NCBI GenBank assembly: GCA_028286905.1
Contig: JAQBQP010000002.1
Location: 245,458 to 309,457, forward strand
Origin: Candidatus Doudnabacteria bacterium
GTDB taxonomy: Bacteria; Patescibacteriota; Doudnabacteria; UBA920; VMFF01
Length of the DNA stretch: 64,000 bases
Direction of reading: 5' to 3'
Shown: positions 28,509 through 36,928 of the stretch, in pieces
How positions within the stretch are numbered: position 1 is the stretch's first letter
Layout of the letters: every line of letters starts with the position of its first letter
Position numbers and translations under genes: made by a program
The notes under the pieces: model-generated
What the model saw: the letters and a program-made list of their open reading frames with translations, nothing else
The model's database searches: none
Told to the model about the DNA's origin: nothing

Positions 28509-30143
28509 ATGTCCAAAGAGCTTTATTTAAAAATAGATGATGATGTAGCTAGAACTGTCGCCAAAGTTAAGAGGGTGGCTAGTTCTGATTTAACATTGGT
28601 CTTTCCGAAGGGAGCAATGGTTCTTTCTAATGTCGCCAACTTAAAAATGTTGAAAATGCAGATCGACCTGCTTGGCAAAACCGTTTCGATTTTAACCAAC
28701 GATCAAAGTGGACAAAATCGCGCGGTTGAAGCAGGCTTTCCTTTGCTAACTTTTGAAATGATGCGCCAGGGAATTAAAAGCGTTCCTGTTGCAAAACCAG
28801 CTCCAACGTATGAACCCGTTATTCAAGCGCCGCCCATTTTTAAGCCAAAAGCACAGCAATCGCCTGAACAAACTTATGTTGCGCCAGTAATAGCAGCTTC
28901 AGCGGTTACAGTAGCTCAGCCTGTCGCTAGACCGCTGGCACCGCAACAATTCCCAGCGAAGTCTCTAGCTAAAAAAGAAGTTAGTAATGCAAAAATTTGG
29001 TTTGCGGTATGTTTGTTATTCGCGGTGTTGGTGGTGATGTCAGCATATTTAATATTGCCGCACGCGAATATCACAGTTTATGCGCACACTCAGCCAATCG
29101 GCCGGACTTTGCAAATTTCTATCGACAAAAACGTTCAAAATGCTGACTCTAAAAATTTGGTTTTTCCGGGACAGATTCTAGATAAAGATCAGATTGTAAA
29201 TAAAACGTATTTAGCAACCGGGAAATTAAATGTTGGTACAAAAGCCCAAGGCGCCGTGCAATTTTACAATTATACCGGTAAAACTTTAAAATTTAATGCC
29301 GACACTACCACATTGAGCGTGGGCACAAACCTTTATCATTTGCAAAAGAATGTTAGTGGAGTTAAGCCGACTAAAAACATTTCGGGAACTAATAATCCGG
29401 ATCCTGCTTCGCTAACTCCAGAAATTGCGGTTGTCGCCGATCAAAATGGTGATAATTATAATTTGCCCGCAGGCACAAGGTTTGAAATTCATAATCAGGT
29501 TCTTGGGGATACTCCTCAAACTTTATATGCTTACAACTCAAAGCCGATCGATGGCGGAGTGTCTAAATTTACTAGCATTGTAACGCAGCAAGATTTAGAC
29601 AATGCTAAAAATGATTTAAAACAATCAATGCTTGAATCAGCGAAGAGCGATTTATTCACTAGGGTAGGCTTATCAATTATCGATTCAGGCGCTCAAGTTA
29701 CTACAGCTGATCCAATATTTGATAAAAAGGTTAATGATGCCGCGGTTAGTTTTAATACTCAAATGACCGGTCATGTGAAGGCTTTGGCTTTCGACCAAGA
29801 GGCGTTGCAACAGTTGGTAGTACAGCGTATAAACTTAACTTTAGATTCGAACAAAGTTTTGAATATGGATAAAGCGCATTGGACCAGTTCTTTCAAAACA
29901 GTTGATTTAGACAAAGGAACCGGTGTGTTGGATATAAAATACGATGGCTTTGTATCTTCAAAGATTGACCCTAAAGAAATCGAAGCTGAGGCCAGGGGTA
30001 AAACAGTGTCTGATCTTAAGGAAAACCTGCTTTCAGATCCGAATATCGACGGAGCTGATATTGTTTTAGCGCCTTCGTGGGCGAAAACCTTGCCAAACCT
30101 TAACGGTAGAATTAAGGCAATGGTAACGATTAAACAGCCGTAA
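28509..30143 (+). CDS. membrane-anchored hypothetical protein with large extracytoplasmic domain
   Basis: 544 aa. Single TM at about residues 165-185. No recognisable catalytic motif. Confidence 0.5.
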   Translation: MSKELYLKIDDDVARTVAKVKRVASSDLTLVFPKGAMVLSNVANLKMLKMQIDLLGKTVSILTNDQSGQNRAVEAGFPLLTFEMMRQGIKSVPVAKPAPTYEPVIQAPPIFKPKAQQSPEQTYVAPVIAASAVTVAQPVARPLAPQQFPAKSLAKKEVSNAKIWFAVCLLFAVLVVMSAYLILPHANITVYAHTQPIGRTLQISIDKNVQNADSKNLVFPGQILDKDQIVNKTYLATGKLNVGTKAQGAVQFYNYTGKTLKFNADTTTLSVGTNLYHLQKNVSGVKPTKNISGTNNPDPASLTPEIAVVADQNGDNYNLPAGTRFEIHNQVLGDTPQTLYAYNSKPIDGGVSKFTSIVTQQDLDNAKNDLKQSMLESAKSDLFTRVGLSIIDSGAQVTTADPIFDKKVNDAAVSFNTQMTGHVKALAFDQEALQQLVVQRINLTLDSNKVLNMDKAHWTSSFKTVDLDKGTGVLDIKYDGFVSSKIDPKEIEAEARGKTVSDLKENLLSDPNIDGADIVLAPSWAKTLPNLNGRIKAMVTIKQP

Positions 30144-30145
30144 AG

Positions 30146-30174
30146 TTGACATCCCAGCCGATCTTTGGTACAAT
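30146..30174 (+). promoter_or_regulatory. consensus sigma70 promoter (TTGACA, 17 nt spacer, TACAAT) driving the infA-rpmJ-rpsM-rpsK-rpsD-rpoA-rplQ operon
   Basis: Perfect -35 at 30146-30151 and near-perfect -10 at 30169-30174, separated by 17 nt. Confidence 0.65.
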
Positions 30175-30455
30175 TTCGACAACTAGAATTTAAGGTAAAA
30201 ACTATTTCTACGAGCACACACGACTTTGGAAAGTCCGACAAAAGTAAAGAAGTTATAGAGCTAGATGGGAAGGTATTAGAAAACCTGCCTAATGCTTTAT
30301 TTCGTATCCAAATTGATTCGGGACAAATAATTCTTGCACATATTGCAGGAAAGCTTCGGGTCAACAAAATTCGTGTTTTGCCTGGCGATAAGGTTATCGT
30401 CGAGGTGACGCCATACGATCTTACAAGAGGCCGTATTGTTCGCAGATTGAGATAG
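30165..30455 (+). CDS. infA: translation initiation factor IF-1
   Basis: C-terminal 70 aa align with IF-1 ([60 protein letters not shown]). The only canonical in-frame start (TTG at 30165) lies inside the -10 hexamer, so the true start is probably downstream and non-canonical. ATT at 30204 after AAGGT is a candidate. Confidence 0.75.
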   Translation: MVQFRQLEFKVKTISTSTHDFGKSDKSKEVIELDGKVLENLPNALFRIQIDSGQIILAHIAGKLRVNKIRVLPGDKVIVEVTPYDLTRGRIVRRLR

Positions 30456-30528
30456 TCGCACTTTAATTTCTCAACGCCGCTACAGTATCTAGTAGCATGT
30501 TAGATTAAGAACTAAGGACTAAGAAAAT

Positions 30529-30645
30529 ATGAAGGTAAGAGCAAGCGTTAAAAAGATGTGTAAAGATTGCAAAATCGTCCGCAGAAGCGGAGTGCTTTTT
30601 GTAATCTGTCCGAAAACTCCTAAACATAAGCAAAGACAAGGCTAA
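30529..30645 (+). CDS. rpmJ: 50S ribosomal protein L36
   Basis: 38-aa [41 protein letters not shown] preceded by an AAGGA RBS. Too short for the 60-aa ORF track. Confidence 0.9.
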   Translation: MKVRASVKKMCKDCKIVRRSGVLFVICPKTPKHKQRQG

Positions 30646-30650
30646 TAACT

Positions 30651-31040
30651 ATGGCAAGAATAGCTGGAATCAATATTCCAAATGAAAAAAGAATAGAAGC
30701 GTCGCTACCATACATTTATGGTGTTGGTGCGCCTATGGCTAGAAAGATCTTAAAGGAAACAGGGGTTAGCCCAGATATCCGCACTAAAGATCTTACTGAA
30801 GAAGATTTAAACAAGCTTCGCGATTATATTGAGAAGAAGTTTAAAGTTGAAGGCCAATTACGTCAGCAAATCCTTTTGAATATCAAAAGATTAAAAGAAA
30901 TCGGATCATATCGTGGAACCCGCCATATTAAAGGCTTGCCGGTTCGCGGTCAGAGAACTAAGACCAACTCCAGAACACGCAGAGGCAACGTTAGAAGAAC
31001 TGCTGGATCAGGTAGAAAGAATGCTAACGAAAAGACCTAA
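30651..31040 (+). CDS. rpsM: 30S ribosomal protein S13
   Basis: [11 protein letters not shown]-terminus. Conserved S13 sequence. Confidence 0.95.
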   Translation: MARIAGINIPNEKRIEASLPYIYGVGAPMARKILKETGVSPDIRTKDLTEEDLNKLRDYIEKKFKVEGQLRQQILLNIKRLKEIGSYRGTRHIKGLPVRGQRTKTNSRTRRGNVRRTAGSGRKNANEKT

Positions 31041-31062
31041 GGTCTAGAAGTTAATAACAACT

Positions 31063-31506
31063 ATGGAAGATACAAAGACAACAACTGAAGAAACTGCTGC
31101 AGAAACCAAAGCCGCAGCACCTGCTACTACTGCAAAGAAGAAAAAAGGTGCCAAGGTTAAGGTTACTAAGGGTAAAGTTTACGTTCAGTCGACATACAAC
31201 AATACAATCGTCACTATTACAGACATTGCTGGAAACGTTATTTCTTGGGGCAGCGCTGGACTAGTAGGTTTCAAAGGTTCAAAGAAATCTACTCCTTACG
31301 CAGCTCAGAAGACCATGGAAGATACTATTCAAAGAGTTAAAGACCGTGGTTTGCAGGAAGTGGACGTACTAGTAAAAGGAATTGGTTCCGGAAGAGAATC
31401 AGCAGTTCGAGCCTTACAAAGCTCAGGTCTAATCGTTCTATCGATTAAAGATCAAACTCCGATTCCACACGGTGGTGTCAGACCAAAGAAAGTGAGAAGA
31501 GTTTAA
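31063..31506 (+). CDS. rpsK: 30S ribosomal protein S11
   Basis: S11 core (VQSTYNNTIVTITDIAGN, STPYAAQ) with a Lys/Ala-rich N-terminal extension. Confidence 0.95.
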   Translation: MEDTKTTTEETAAETKAAAPATTAKKKKGAKVKVTKGKVYVQSTYNNTIVTITDIAGNVISWGSAGLVGFKGSKKSTPYAAQKTMEDTIQRVKDRGLQEVDVLVKGIGSGRESAVRALQSSGLIVLSIKDQTPIPHGGVRPKKVRRV

Positions 31507-31507
31507 T

Positions 31508-32113
31508 ATGAGATATACAGGACCAAAAGTTAAAAAAGCTAGAAAGTTTGGCGAAGCAATCACAGCCAAGGATGTCAAAGCTTTGATGAAGCGTAACTAT
31601 CCTCCAGGCCAGCATGGCCAAGGAAAGGGACGTGTCTCAGAATACGGCACTCAGCTGAAGGAAAAGCAAAAAGCTAAATGGACTTACGGCGTTCTTGAAA
31701 AGCAATTCAGAAAATATTTTGAAGAAGCTAGCAAGAAAAAAGGAATTACCGGCGATGCTTTATTGCAAATCTTGGAATCCCGCCTAGACAACGTTGTCTA
31801 CCGTTTATCTCTTGCTGAAACTAGAGCGCAAGCTCGTCAGATCGTTTCTCACGGTTTCATTACTGTGAACGGCAAGAATGTAAACATTCCTTCCTACCTA
31901 ACTAAAGTCGGCGATTCTATTTCTATTAGAGAAGCAAAACGTAAATCAAAATACGTCGACATTCTTAAAGCGAAACTGAAAAACGTTAAGACTCAAGAAT
32001 GGGTTTCTCTAAATGAAGACCAGTTAACAGGAAAAGTATTGAGTTTGCCAACTGCTGAGCAGATGGAAAACAAGATCAACACTCAGTTAATTGTAGAATT
32101 GTACTCAAGATAA
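31508..32113 (+). CDS. rpsD: 30S ribosomal protein S4
   Basis: MRYTGPKVKKARKFG N-terminus. S4 domain. Confidence 0.95.
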   Translation: MRYTGPKVKKARKFGEAITAKDVKALMKRNYPPGQHGQGKGRVSEYGTQLKEKQKAKWTYGVLEKQFRKYFEEASKKKGITGDALLQILESRLDNVVYRLSLAETRAQARQIVSHGFITVNGKNVNIPSYLTKVGDSISIREAKRKSKYVDILKAKLKNVKTQEWVSLNEDQLTGKVLSLPTAEQMENKINTQLIVELYSR

Positions 32114-32220
32114 TCAATAAATTAATTAATAAGGTCGGAAGACCTAAGGAGATCTTGTTTATAAGGTCTAAGCGCTACACGAACTCGGGCTCGCTTATAT
32201 CGAAAGAACAAGAAAACTAA

Positions 32221-33186
32221 ATGGAAGCAGTTCCATTACCAAATCAAGTTAGTTTAGTCAGCCAAGAAGGCGACATGTACAACTTTGTCATGGAACCTTT
32301 GTACCCAGGTTATGGTGTTACTATCGGTAACACTTTGAGAAGAGTTTTACTTTCCTCAATGCCAGGAGCTGCAGTAGTTGCAGTTAAGATGAAATGGGTT
32401 GATCATGAATTTTCTACGATTCCAAATATCAAAGAAGATGTGATTGAAATCATTTTGAATTTGAAGAACTTACGTTTGAAAGTTCACACCGAAGAGCCAG
32501 TTAGACTTTCTTTAAAAGTTAAAGGCGAAAAGGTTGTTACATCTGCTGATATAAAAGAAACAGATTTGGTTGAGATCGTTAACAAAGATTTGCACATTGC
32601 AACTTTAGATAACAAGAACGCGGAATTGGACATGGAATTGATTGTCCAACAGGGTCGTGGCTATGTTCCAGTTGAACAGCGTGAAAACGAAAAACTGGAG
32701 ATTGGCATGATTGCTGTTGATGCAATTTACACCCCGATTAAAAACGTTAACTACGATGTAGAAAACGTTCGTGTCGGACAAATGACCAACTTTGATCGTT
32801 TGAAACTATCAATGGAAACAGACGGTACTATTACCGGACAAGAAGCTTTAAACATTGCTGCCCACATCTTAGTAGACCACTTCGGTATGTTTATCAACGA
32901 TGCCAGCATTGCCGCTAACGCTGTTAGCAGCCCTAAAGCTGAAATTAGCGCTCCAGAAGCGTTTGTTGCTGAACCAGAGGCTGAATCAACCGTTGCTTCA
33001 GTAGGAACGCCTGTGAAGAGCTTAAACCTTTCCGTTAGAGCGCAAAACGCTTTAGAAAAGAACGCTGTAAACTCCGTTGAAGAATTAGAAGCAATGTCCG
33101 CTGAAGACATCAAGAATCTTGATGGCTTAGGCGAAAAATCTGTAAACGAAATCTTAGAAGTATTGGGTAAGACCCCTCAAGAATAA
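32221..33186 (+). CDS. rpoA: DNA-directed RNA polymerase subunit alpha
   Basis: Alpha N-terminal domain motif GYGVTIGNTLRRVLLSSMPGAAV. C-terminal domain present. Confidence 0.95.
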   Translation: MEAVPLPNQVSLVSQEGDMYNFVMEPLYPGYGVTIGNTLRRVLLSSMPGAAVVAVKMKWVDHEFSTIPNIKEDVIEIILNLKNLRLKVHTEEPVRLSLKVKGEKVVTSADIKETDLVEIVNKDLHIATLDNKNAELDMELIVQQGRGYVPVEQRENEKLEIGMIAVDAIYTPIKNVNYDVENVRVGQMTNFDRLKLSMETDGTITGQEALNIAAHILVDHFGMFINDASIAANAVSSPKAEISAPEAFVAEPEAESTVASVGTPVKSLNLSVRAQNALEKNAVNSVEELEAMSAEDIKNLDGLGEKSVNEILEVLGKTPQE

Positions 33187-33190
33187 TTAT

Positions 33191-33538
33191 ATGCGTCATC
33201 GAATTAAGAAGACTAAAAAACTTGGCCGTGGAATGGATTCCCGCAGAAAACTGTTACGTACTTTGGCTTCCTCTGTAATTGTTTACGAGAAAATTGAAAC
33301 TAATCAGAGCAATGCTAAAGCGATCCGCAGCTATGTTGATAAAATGATTACCAAAGGCAAAATTCAGACATTGCATGCTAACCGTCAGTTAATGGCTGGT
33401 TTAACAACCAATGCTGCTAAGAAAGTTTATGAAGTATTAGCGCCGCGTTTTATGGAACGCAAGGGCGGATACACTAGAATATTAATTTCCGGAAAAAGCA
33501 AAGACGGAGCCAACAAGTATATTGTTGAACTAGTTTAA
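33191..33538 (+). CDS. rplQ: 50S ribosomal protein L17
   Basis: MRHRIKKTKKLGR N-terminus. L17 family. Confidence 0.9.
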   Translation: MRHRIKKTKKLGRGMDSRRKLLRTLASSVIVYEKIETNQSNAKAIRSYVDKMITKGKIQTLHANRQLMAGLTTNAAKKVYEVLAPRFMERKGGYTRILISGKSKDGANKYIVELV

Positions 33539-33542
33539 TTTT

Positions 33543-33962
33543 ATGAAAACACCGAAATCTCACATTCCAAAAAACGTTCAACGTATTTGGTGGGAAATAG
33601 ATGCTTCCTCAAATTCGATGGGAAGAGTCGCTACAGTTATTGCGAATAGACTTCGCGGCAAACTGAAGAGAGACTTCACTCCACACATCGACATGGGGGA
33701 CTTTGTTGTCGCTGTGAACGTTGATAAGATGAAGTTCACCGGAAGAAAAATCGAGCAGAAGCTTTATCACTCCCATACTGGTTTCCCGGGCGGAGTTAGA
33801 ACCAAACAGTTAAAGCACATGATCATTGATGACCCTGAAGATGTTTTAAGAAGAGCAGTTTTTAACATGATCGACGATATGAAACTTCGTAAGCCGATGA
33901 TGCGAAGACTGAAGTTTGTAAAAGGTACTACCCATGAGTACAAAATTGATAAGAAAGCTTAA
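33543..33962 (+). CDS. rplM: 50S ribosomal protein L13
   Basis: L13 core (WWEIDASSNSMGRVATVIANRLRGK). Confidence 0.9.
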   Translation: MKTPKSHIPKNVQRIWWEIDASSNSMGRVATVIANRLRGKLKRDFTPHIDMGDFVVAVNVDKMKFTGRKIEQKLYHSHTGFPGGVRTKQLKHMIIDDPEDVLRRAVFNMIDDMKLRKPMMRRLKFVKGTTHEYKIDKKA

Positions 33963-33967
33963 TTTCC

Positions 33968-34537
33968 ATGCCGACAACTACTAAAAAAACTCCAACAACT
34001 AAAAAGCCAGCTGCTCCAAAAAAGACTAAAGCTGCAGCAGCCGTTGTAGAAAAACAATCCGCTGTTGAAGCTGAAGCTTTTATTCCTGTTCCTGCACTAT
34101 CTGAGAAAACTGAAAAAGTTTTAGCAGTAGGCGAGCTTAAATTGGAAAACGGCAGATATGCTTATTCTGTAGGACGCAGAAAAACCTCTATTGCAAATGT
34201 TCGTTTGTTTGCAGGCAAAGGCAAGAGCATGGTTAACGATAAAGAAATTTTGGCGTACTTCGGAAACAAAGCTTTGGTTGAACGTGCTTACAAGCCGTTA
34301 GCCTTAACTGGTTTAGAAGGTCATGCTCACATCGTCGTTGTAATCAACGGGGGTGGTTTAAATTCTCAATCCGAAGCTATTTCTCACGGCATTGCTACAG
34401 CAATGGTAAAGAACAATGAAGAGTTTAGAAAAGTTCTTAAAAAGAACGGAACGCTAACTCGCGATAGCAGAATGAAAGAAAGAAAGAAACCAGGTTTGAA
34501 GGGTGCCCGTCGTGGTTCACAGTGGGCGAAACGCTAG
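33968..34537 (+). CDS. rpsI: 30S ribosomal protein S9 with N-terminal extension
   Basis: S9 core (GRRKTSIANVRL ... GGGLNSQSEAISHGIA) ending in ARRGSQWAKR. Confidence 0.9.
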   Translation: MPTTTKKTPTTKKPAAPKKTKAAAAVVEKQSAVEAEAFIPVPALSEKTEKVLAVGELKLENGRYAYSVGRRKTSIANVRLFAGKGKSMVNDKEILAYFGNKALVERAYKPLALTGLEGHAHIVVVINGGGLNSQSEAISHGIATAMVKNNEEFRKVLKKNGTLTRDSRMKERKKPGLKGARRGSQWAKR

Positions 34538-34575
34538 GTTAGCACGCTTTACAACACTACAAAATATTCAAAAAA

Positions 34576-34602
34576 ACCGTCTATTATCAGACGGTTTTTT
34601 TG
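34576..34602 (+). terminator. rho-independent terminator (ACCGTCT-attatc-AGACGGT then T7)
   Basis: Perfect 7-bp stem plus TTTTTTT directly after rpsI. Confidence 0.8.
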
Positions 34603-34621
34603 TATGCTAGTTTAAAACGTT

Positions 34622-35008
34622 TTATTTTAACTTTAAATTAACTACTTTTTCAACTAATTTATTTTGGAGATTATCCATTCTTTGCTTTGATCCTGCGCAG
34701 AATCCAGGCTGGTTAGTTTGCGGGTCTATTGTGGCGCATCCTTTTTTATCTTCCTCTTCCGCAGCGGAATATATATCTTTTTTTAATTGAATTATTTCTT
34801 CGTTCGTAATTAACGATGTGGGTATTGCAGCGTCTGCCTTTCTTTTTTCAGTCAATTCAGCGAAAAGCGATATCTTACTTTGTTTATAAATCTTAGTTAA
34901 AAAAATGCTAGCAAATATAAAAACCCCTAATAAGGCTACCCATGACAAACCTTTTGCGTATCTATTGCTCATATATTTTAAGATATCAACAACTTTGAAT
35001 ATAAGCAA
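34622..35008 (-). CDS. small membrane-anchored hypothetical protein
   Basis: 128 aa with one N-terminal TM helix and native codon usage. Convergent with the ribosomal operon. Confidence 0.45.
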   Translation of the reverse strand: MLIFKVVDILKYMSNRYAKGLSWVALLGVFIFASIFLTKIYKQSKISLFAELTEKRKADAAIPTSLITNEEIIQLKKDIYSAAEEEDKKGCATIDPQTNQPGFCAGSKQRMDNLQNKLVEKVVNLKLK

Positions 35009-35151
35009 ATGGCTGTAAAGTTGAGTGTGAAAAGTAACGGCTTTTCAAGGAGCGGCTCTTCAACTATAAATGGTATAATATATTTGTTACTTTTATCCGA
35101 AGCTATTCGTATATATAACATCAATCAGAAATAAATAAAATTAAGAAAAAT

Positions 35152-35889
35152 ATGGAAAAAATCCCAAATTGGTTAATGCAAGTTGTAGCAGGACTTTTAG
35201 CGGTTCTTTTAATCGTTTTAATAGTCAGCCAGGTTTATAATGTTCAAAGCAAAACTAAAGAAGTAAACGACAAACATATTATTACTATTTCAGCTGAAGG
35301 CAAAGTTATTGCTAAGCCGGATTTAGTTACAGTTAGCGCCGGAGTACAAACTAATGGCGATACTGCCGTAAATGCTCAAGCGGACAATACCAAGAAGATG
35401 AACGCAGTTATTTCTTATATTAAAAATAAAGTTGGTATCAAAGATGAAGATGTCAGTACCCAAAACTATTCAATTTATCAAAATTACCTTAATGGCAGTT
35501 CGACTCCAAGCGGTTACGTAGTAAATCAAACATTGGTTATTAAACTGCATGATTTAAATAAAGCTAGCGACCTGTTAGCAGGCTTAACTCAAAATGGTAT
35601 CAATCAAGTTCAAAGCGTTGATTACAGTATTAATGATCCAGATAACGTTAGAGAACAAGCAAGAGAGATGGCCTTATCAAATGCAAAAGACAAGGCAAGT
35701 AAACTTGCCAATGCGGCTGGCGTTAAATTAGGACAGTTGGTCTCCTTCTCAGAAAACACTAACCCTGGTGGCCCAATTATATATGATGCCAAAGCATCAG
35801 GCATGGGTGGTGGCGGAGCTAGTCCACAGTTGGAACCGGGAACCCAGGAAGTAACTGCTGATATTAGCGTTACATACGAAATTAAATAA
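35152..35889 (+). CDS. SIMPL/DUF541 (YggE/BP26-like) periplasmic protein
   Basis: N-terminal TM or signal, then DUF541-like pattern (ITISAEGKVIAKPD ... NYSIYQNY ... VNQTLVIKL ... DYSINDPD). Confidence 0.7.
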   Translation: MEKIPNWLMQVVAGLLAVLLIVLIVSQVYNVQSKTKEVNDKHIITISAEGKVIAKPDLVTVSAGVQTNGDTAVNAQADNTKKMNAVISYIKNKVGIKDEDVSTQNYSIYQNYLNGSSTPSGYVVNQTLVIKLHDLNKASDLLAGLTQNGINQVQSVDYSINDPDNVREQAREMALSNAKDKASKLANAAGVKLGQLVSFSENTNPGGPIIYDAKASGMGGGGASPQLEPGTQEVTADISVTYEIK

Positions 35890-35935
35890 AATCGTTTCTT
35901 ACAAAATAAATAAAGTTAAATAGTTTAATCAAAAA

Positions 35936-35968
35936 GGATCGTATGCAAAATGCCTACGACCCTTTTTT
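35936..35968. terminator. bidirectional intrinsic terminator-like hairpin (GGATCGTA-loop-TACGACCC) flanked by A-run and T-run
   Basis: 8-bp stem with one mismatch, 11-nt loop, T6 downstream and A5 upstream. The last codons of the minus-strand ORF 35954..36409 read through it. Confidence 0.5.
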
Positions 35969-36409
35969 GATAACACGCGGTGCGCTGTGCCCTGGCGTTC
36001 CGATTGGCCGTTGAGCTGTCGGATTAGAAAGGGTTACAACGATCGGAAGCTGCAGCAGCTCGACATGTGAGCCTCGTGGATCGCTAACCTTCCGAATCCT
36101 TATCGGATCTCCGTTCAGTTCTTCTCGCTGCCTGACGCAATCCTGGAGCCTAGTGGCGATCTGTTGCAACAGATCTGTTGCTTCTGGAAAATCTTCCCGT
36201 AAAGAAAGCATCGATCCGGGCAGCTTGGTGTGCACATAGCGATCCAGGACTGTTACCAGAAACGGATCGTGAACAAGGCACCACCGATTGCTGATTGACC
36301 AGACTTTGATCCAATAAAGCTTTTCGTACCGCTCCAGGTTCATTTCTGGGGGCCGGTCTTCCGAGGGAAGAATTTCGACCACCCGAATAACCTTGTGGTC
36401 CATTTTCAC
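35954..36409 (-). CDS. hypothetical protein encoded in a GC-rich islet
   Basis: 151-aa ORF at about 53% GC in a 38% GC background. GAGGTG just upstream of the ATG. No recognisable domain. C-terminal residues are encoded by the terminator T-run. Confidence 0.35.
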   Translation of the reverse strand: MKMDHKVIRVVEILPSEDRPPEMNLERYEKLYWIKVWSISNRWCLVHDPFLVTVLDRYVHTKLPGSMLSLREDFPEATDLLQQIATRLQDCVRQREELNGDPIRIRKVSDPRGSHVELLQLPIVVTLSNPTAQRPIGTPGHSAPRVIKKGS

Positions 36410-36493
36410 CTCGCGTGTGTTTTAGTAATCCTCCTGTCAATCTAAACCATTTGTTACGCCCCTATTGTAACACAAAAGCGAAAAAACAAATCC

Positions 36494-36521
36494 TTGCTTT
36501 ATATGGTCTATTATGTTATGA
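36494..36521 (+). promoter_or_regulatory. putative rnpB promoter (TTGCTT, 16 nt spacer, TATGAT)
   Basis: Hexamers placed so that the TSS coincides with the 5' strand of the P1 helix at about 36527. Confidence 0.4.
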
Positions 36522-36526
36522 TCATA

Positions 36527-36911
36527 CGGCCTCAAGTAATCTAGATAATCGCTGCTTGGTTTACCAAGTAGAGGAAAGTCCGAACACCCCTAGGTGCGAA
36601 CTTAGGAAGCAAGTTGCCAGGAAATCTGGCCGGGTATACCCAGGTTTGAATGGTTCACGTGACTGTTCAAGAATGGATTAAGCCCAGGGATAGTGCAACA
36701 GAAACATGTCGCCGATGGCCGGTCGTAAGATCGGATCAGGTAAGATTGAAATCGTGCGGTAAGAGCGCACGCGTATGTGCAGAGATGTACTGCGGTGAAA
36801 ACCCAACTTGGTGCAAGGCCAAATAGGCCTTGATCGTAAGATCAGGGCGGGTTGGCTGCTTAGACAGATGATTATCCTCGACAGAATTCGGCTTACCGGG
36901 TTGCTTGAGGC
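36527..36911 (+). ncRNA. rnpB: RNase P RNA (bacterial type A-like)
   Basis: Universal motifs GAGGAAAGTCCG, AGTGCAACAGAAACAT, GCGGTAAGAGCGCAC, CAAGGCCAAATAGG, ACAGAATTCGGCTTAC. P1 pairing between GCCTCAAG (5') and CTTGAGGC (3'). Confidence 0.85.
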
Positions 36912-36928
36912 AAACTAAAGTTTTCTTT

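Noticed and set aside
30165-30167. TTG at 30165 as the infA start
   Set aside because: It lies inside the TACAAT -10 element of a consensus promoter, so it is probably not in the mRNA. It is retained only as the ORF boundary.
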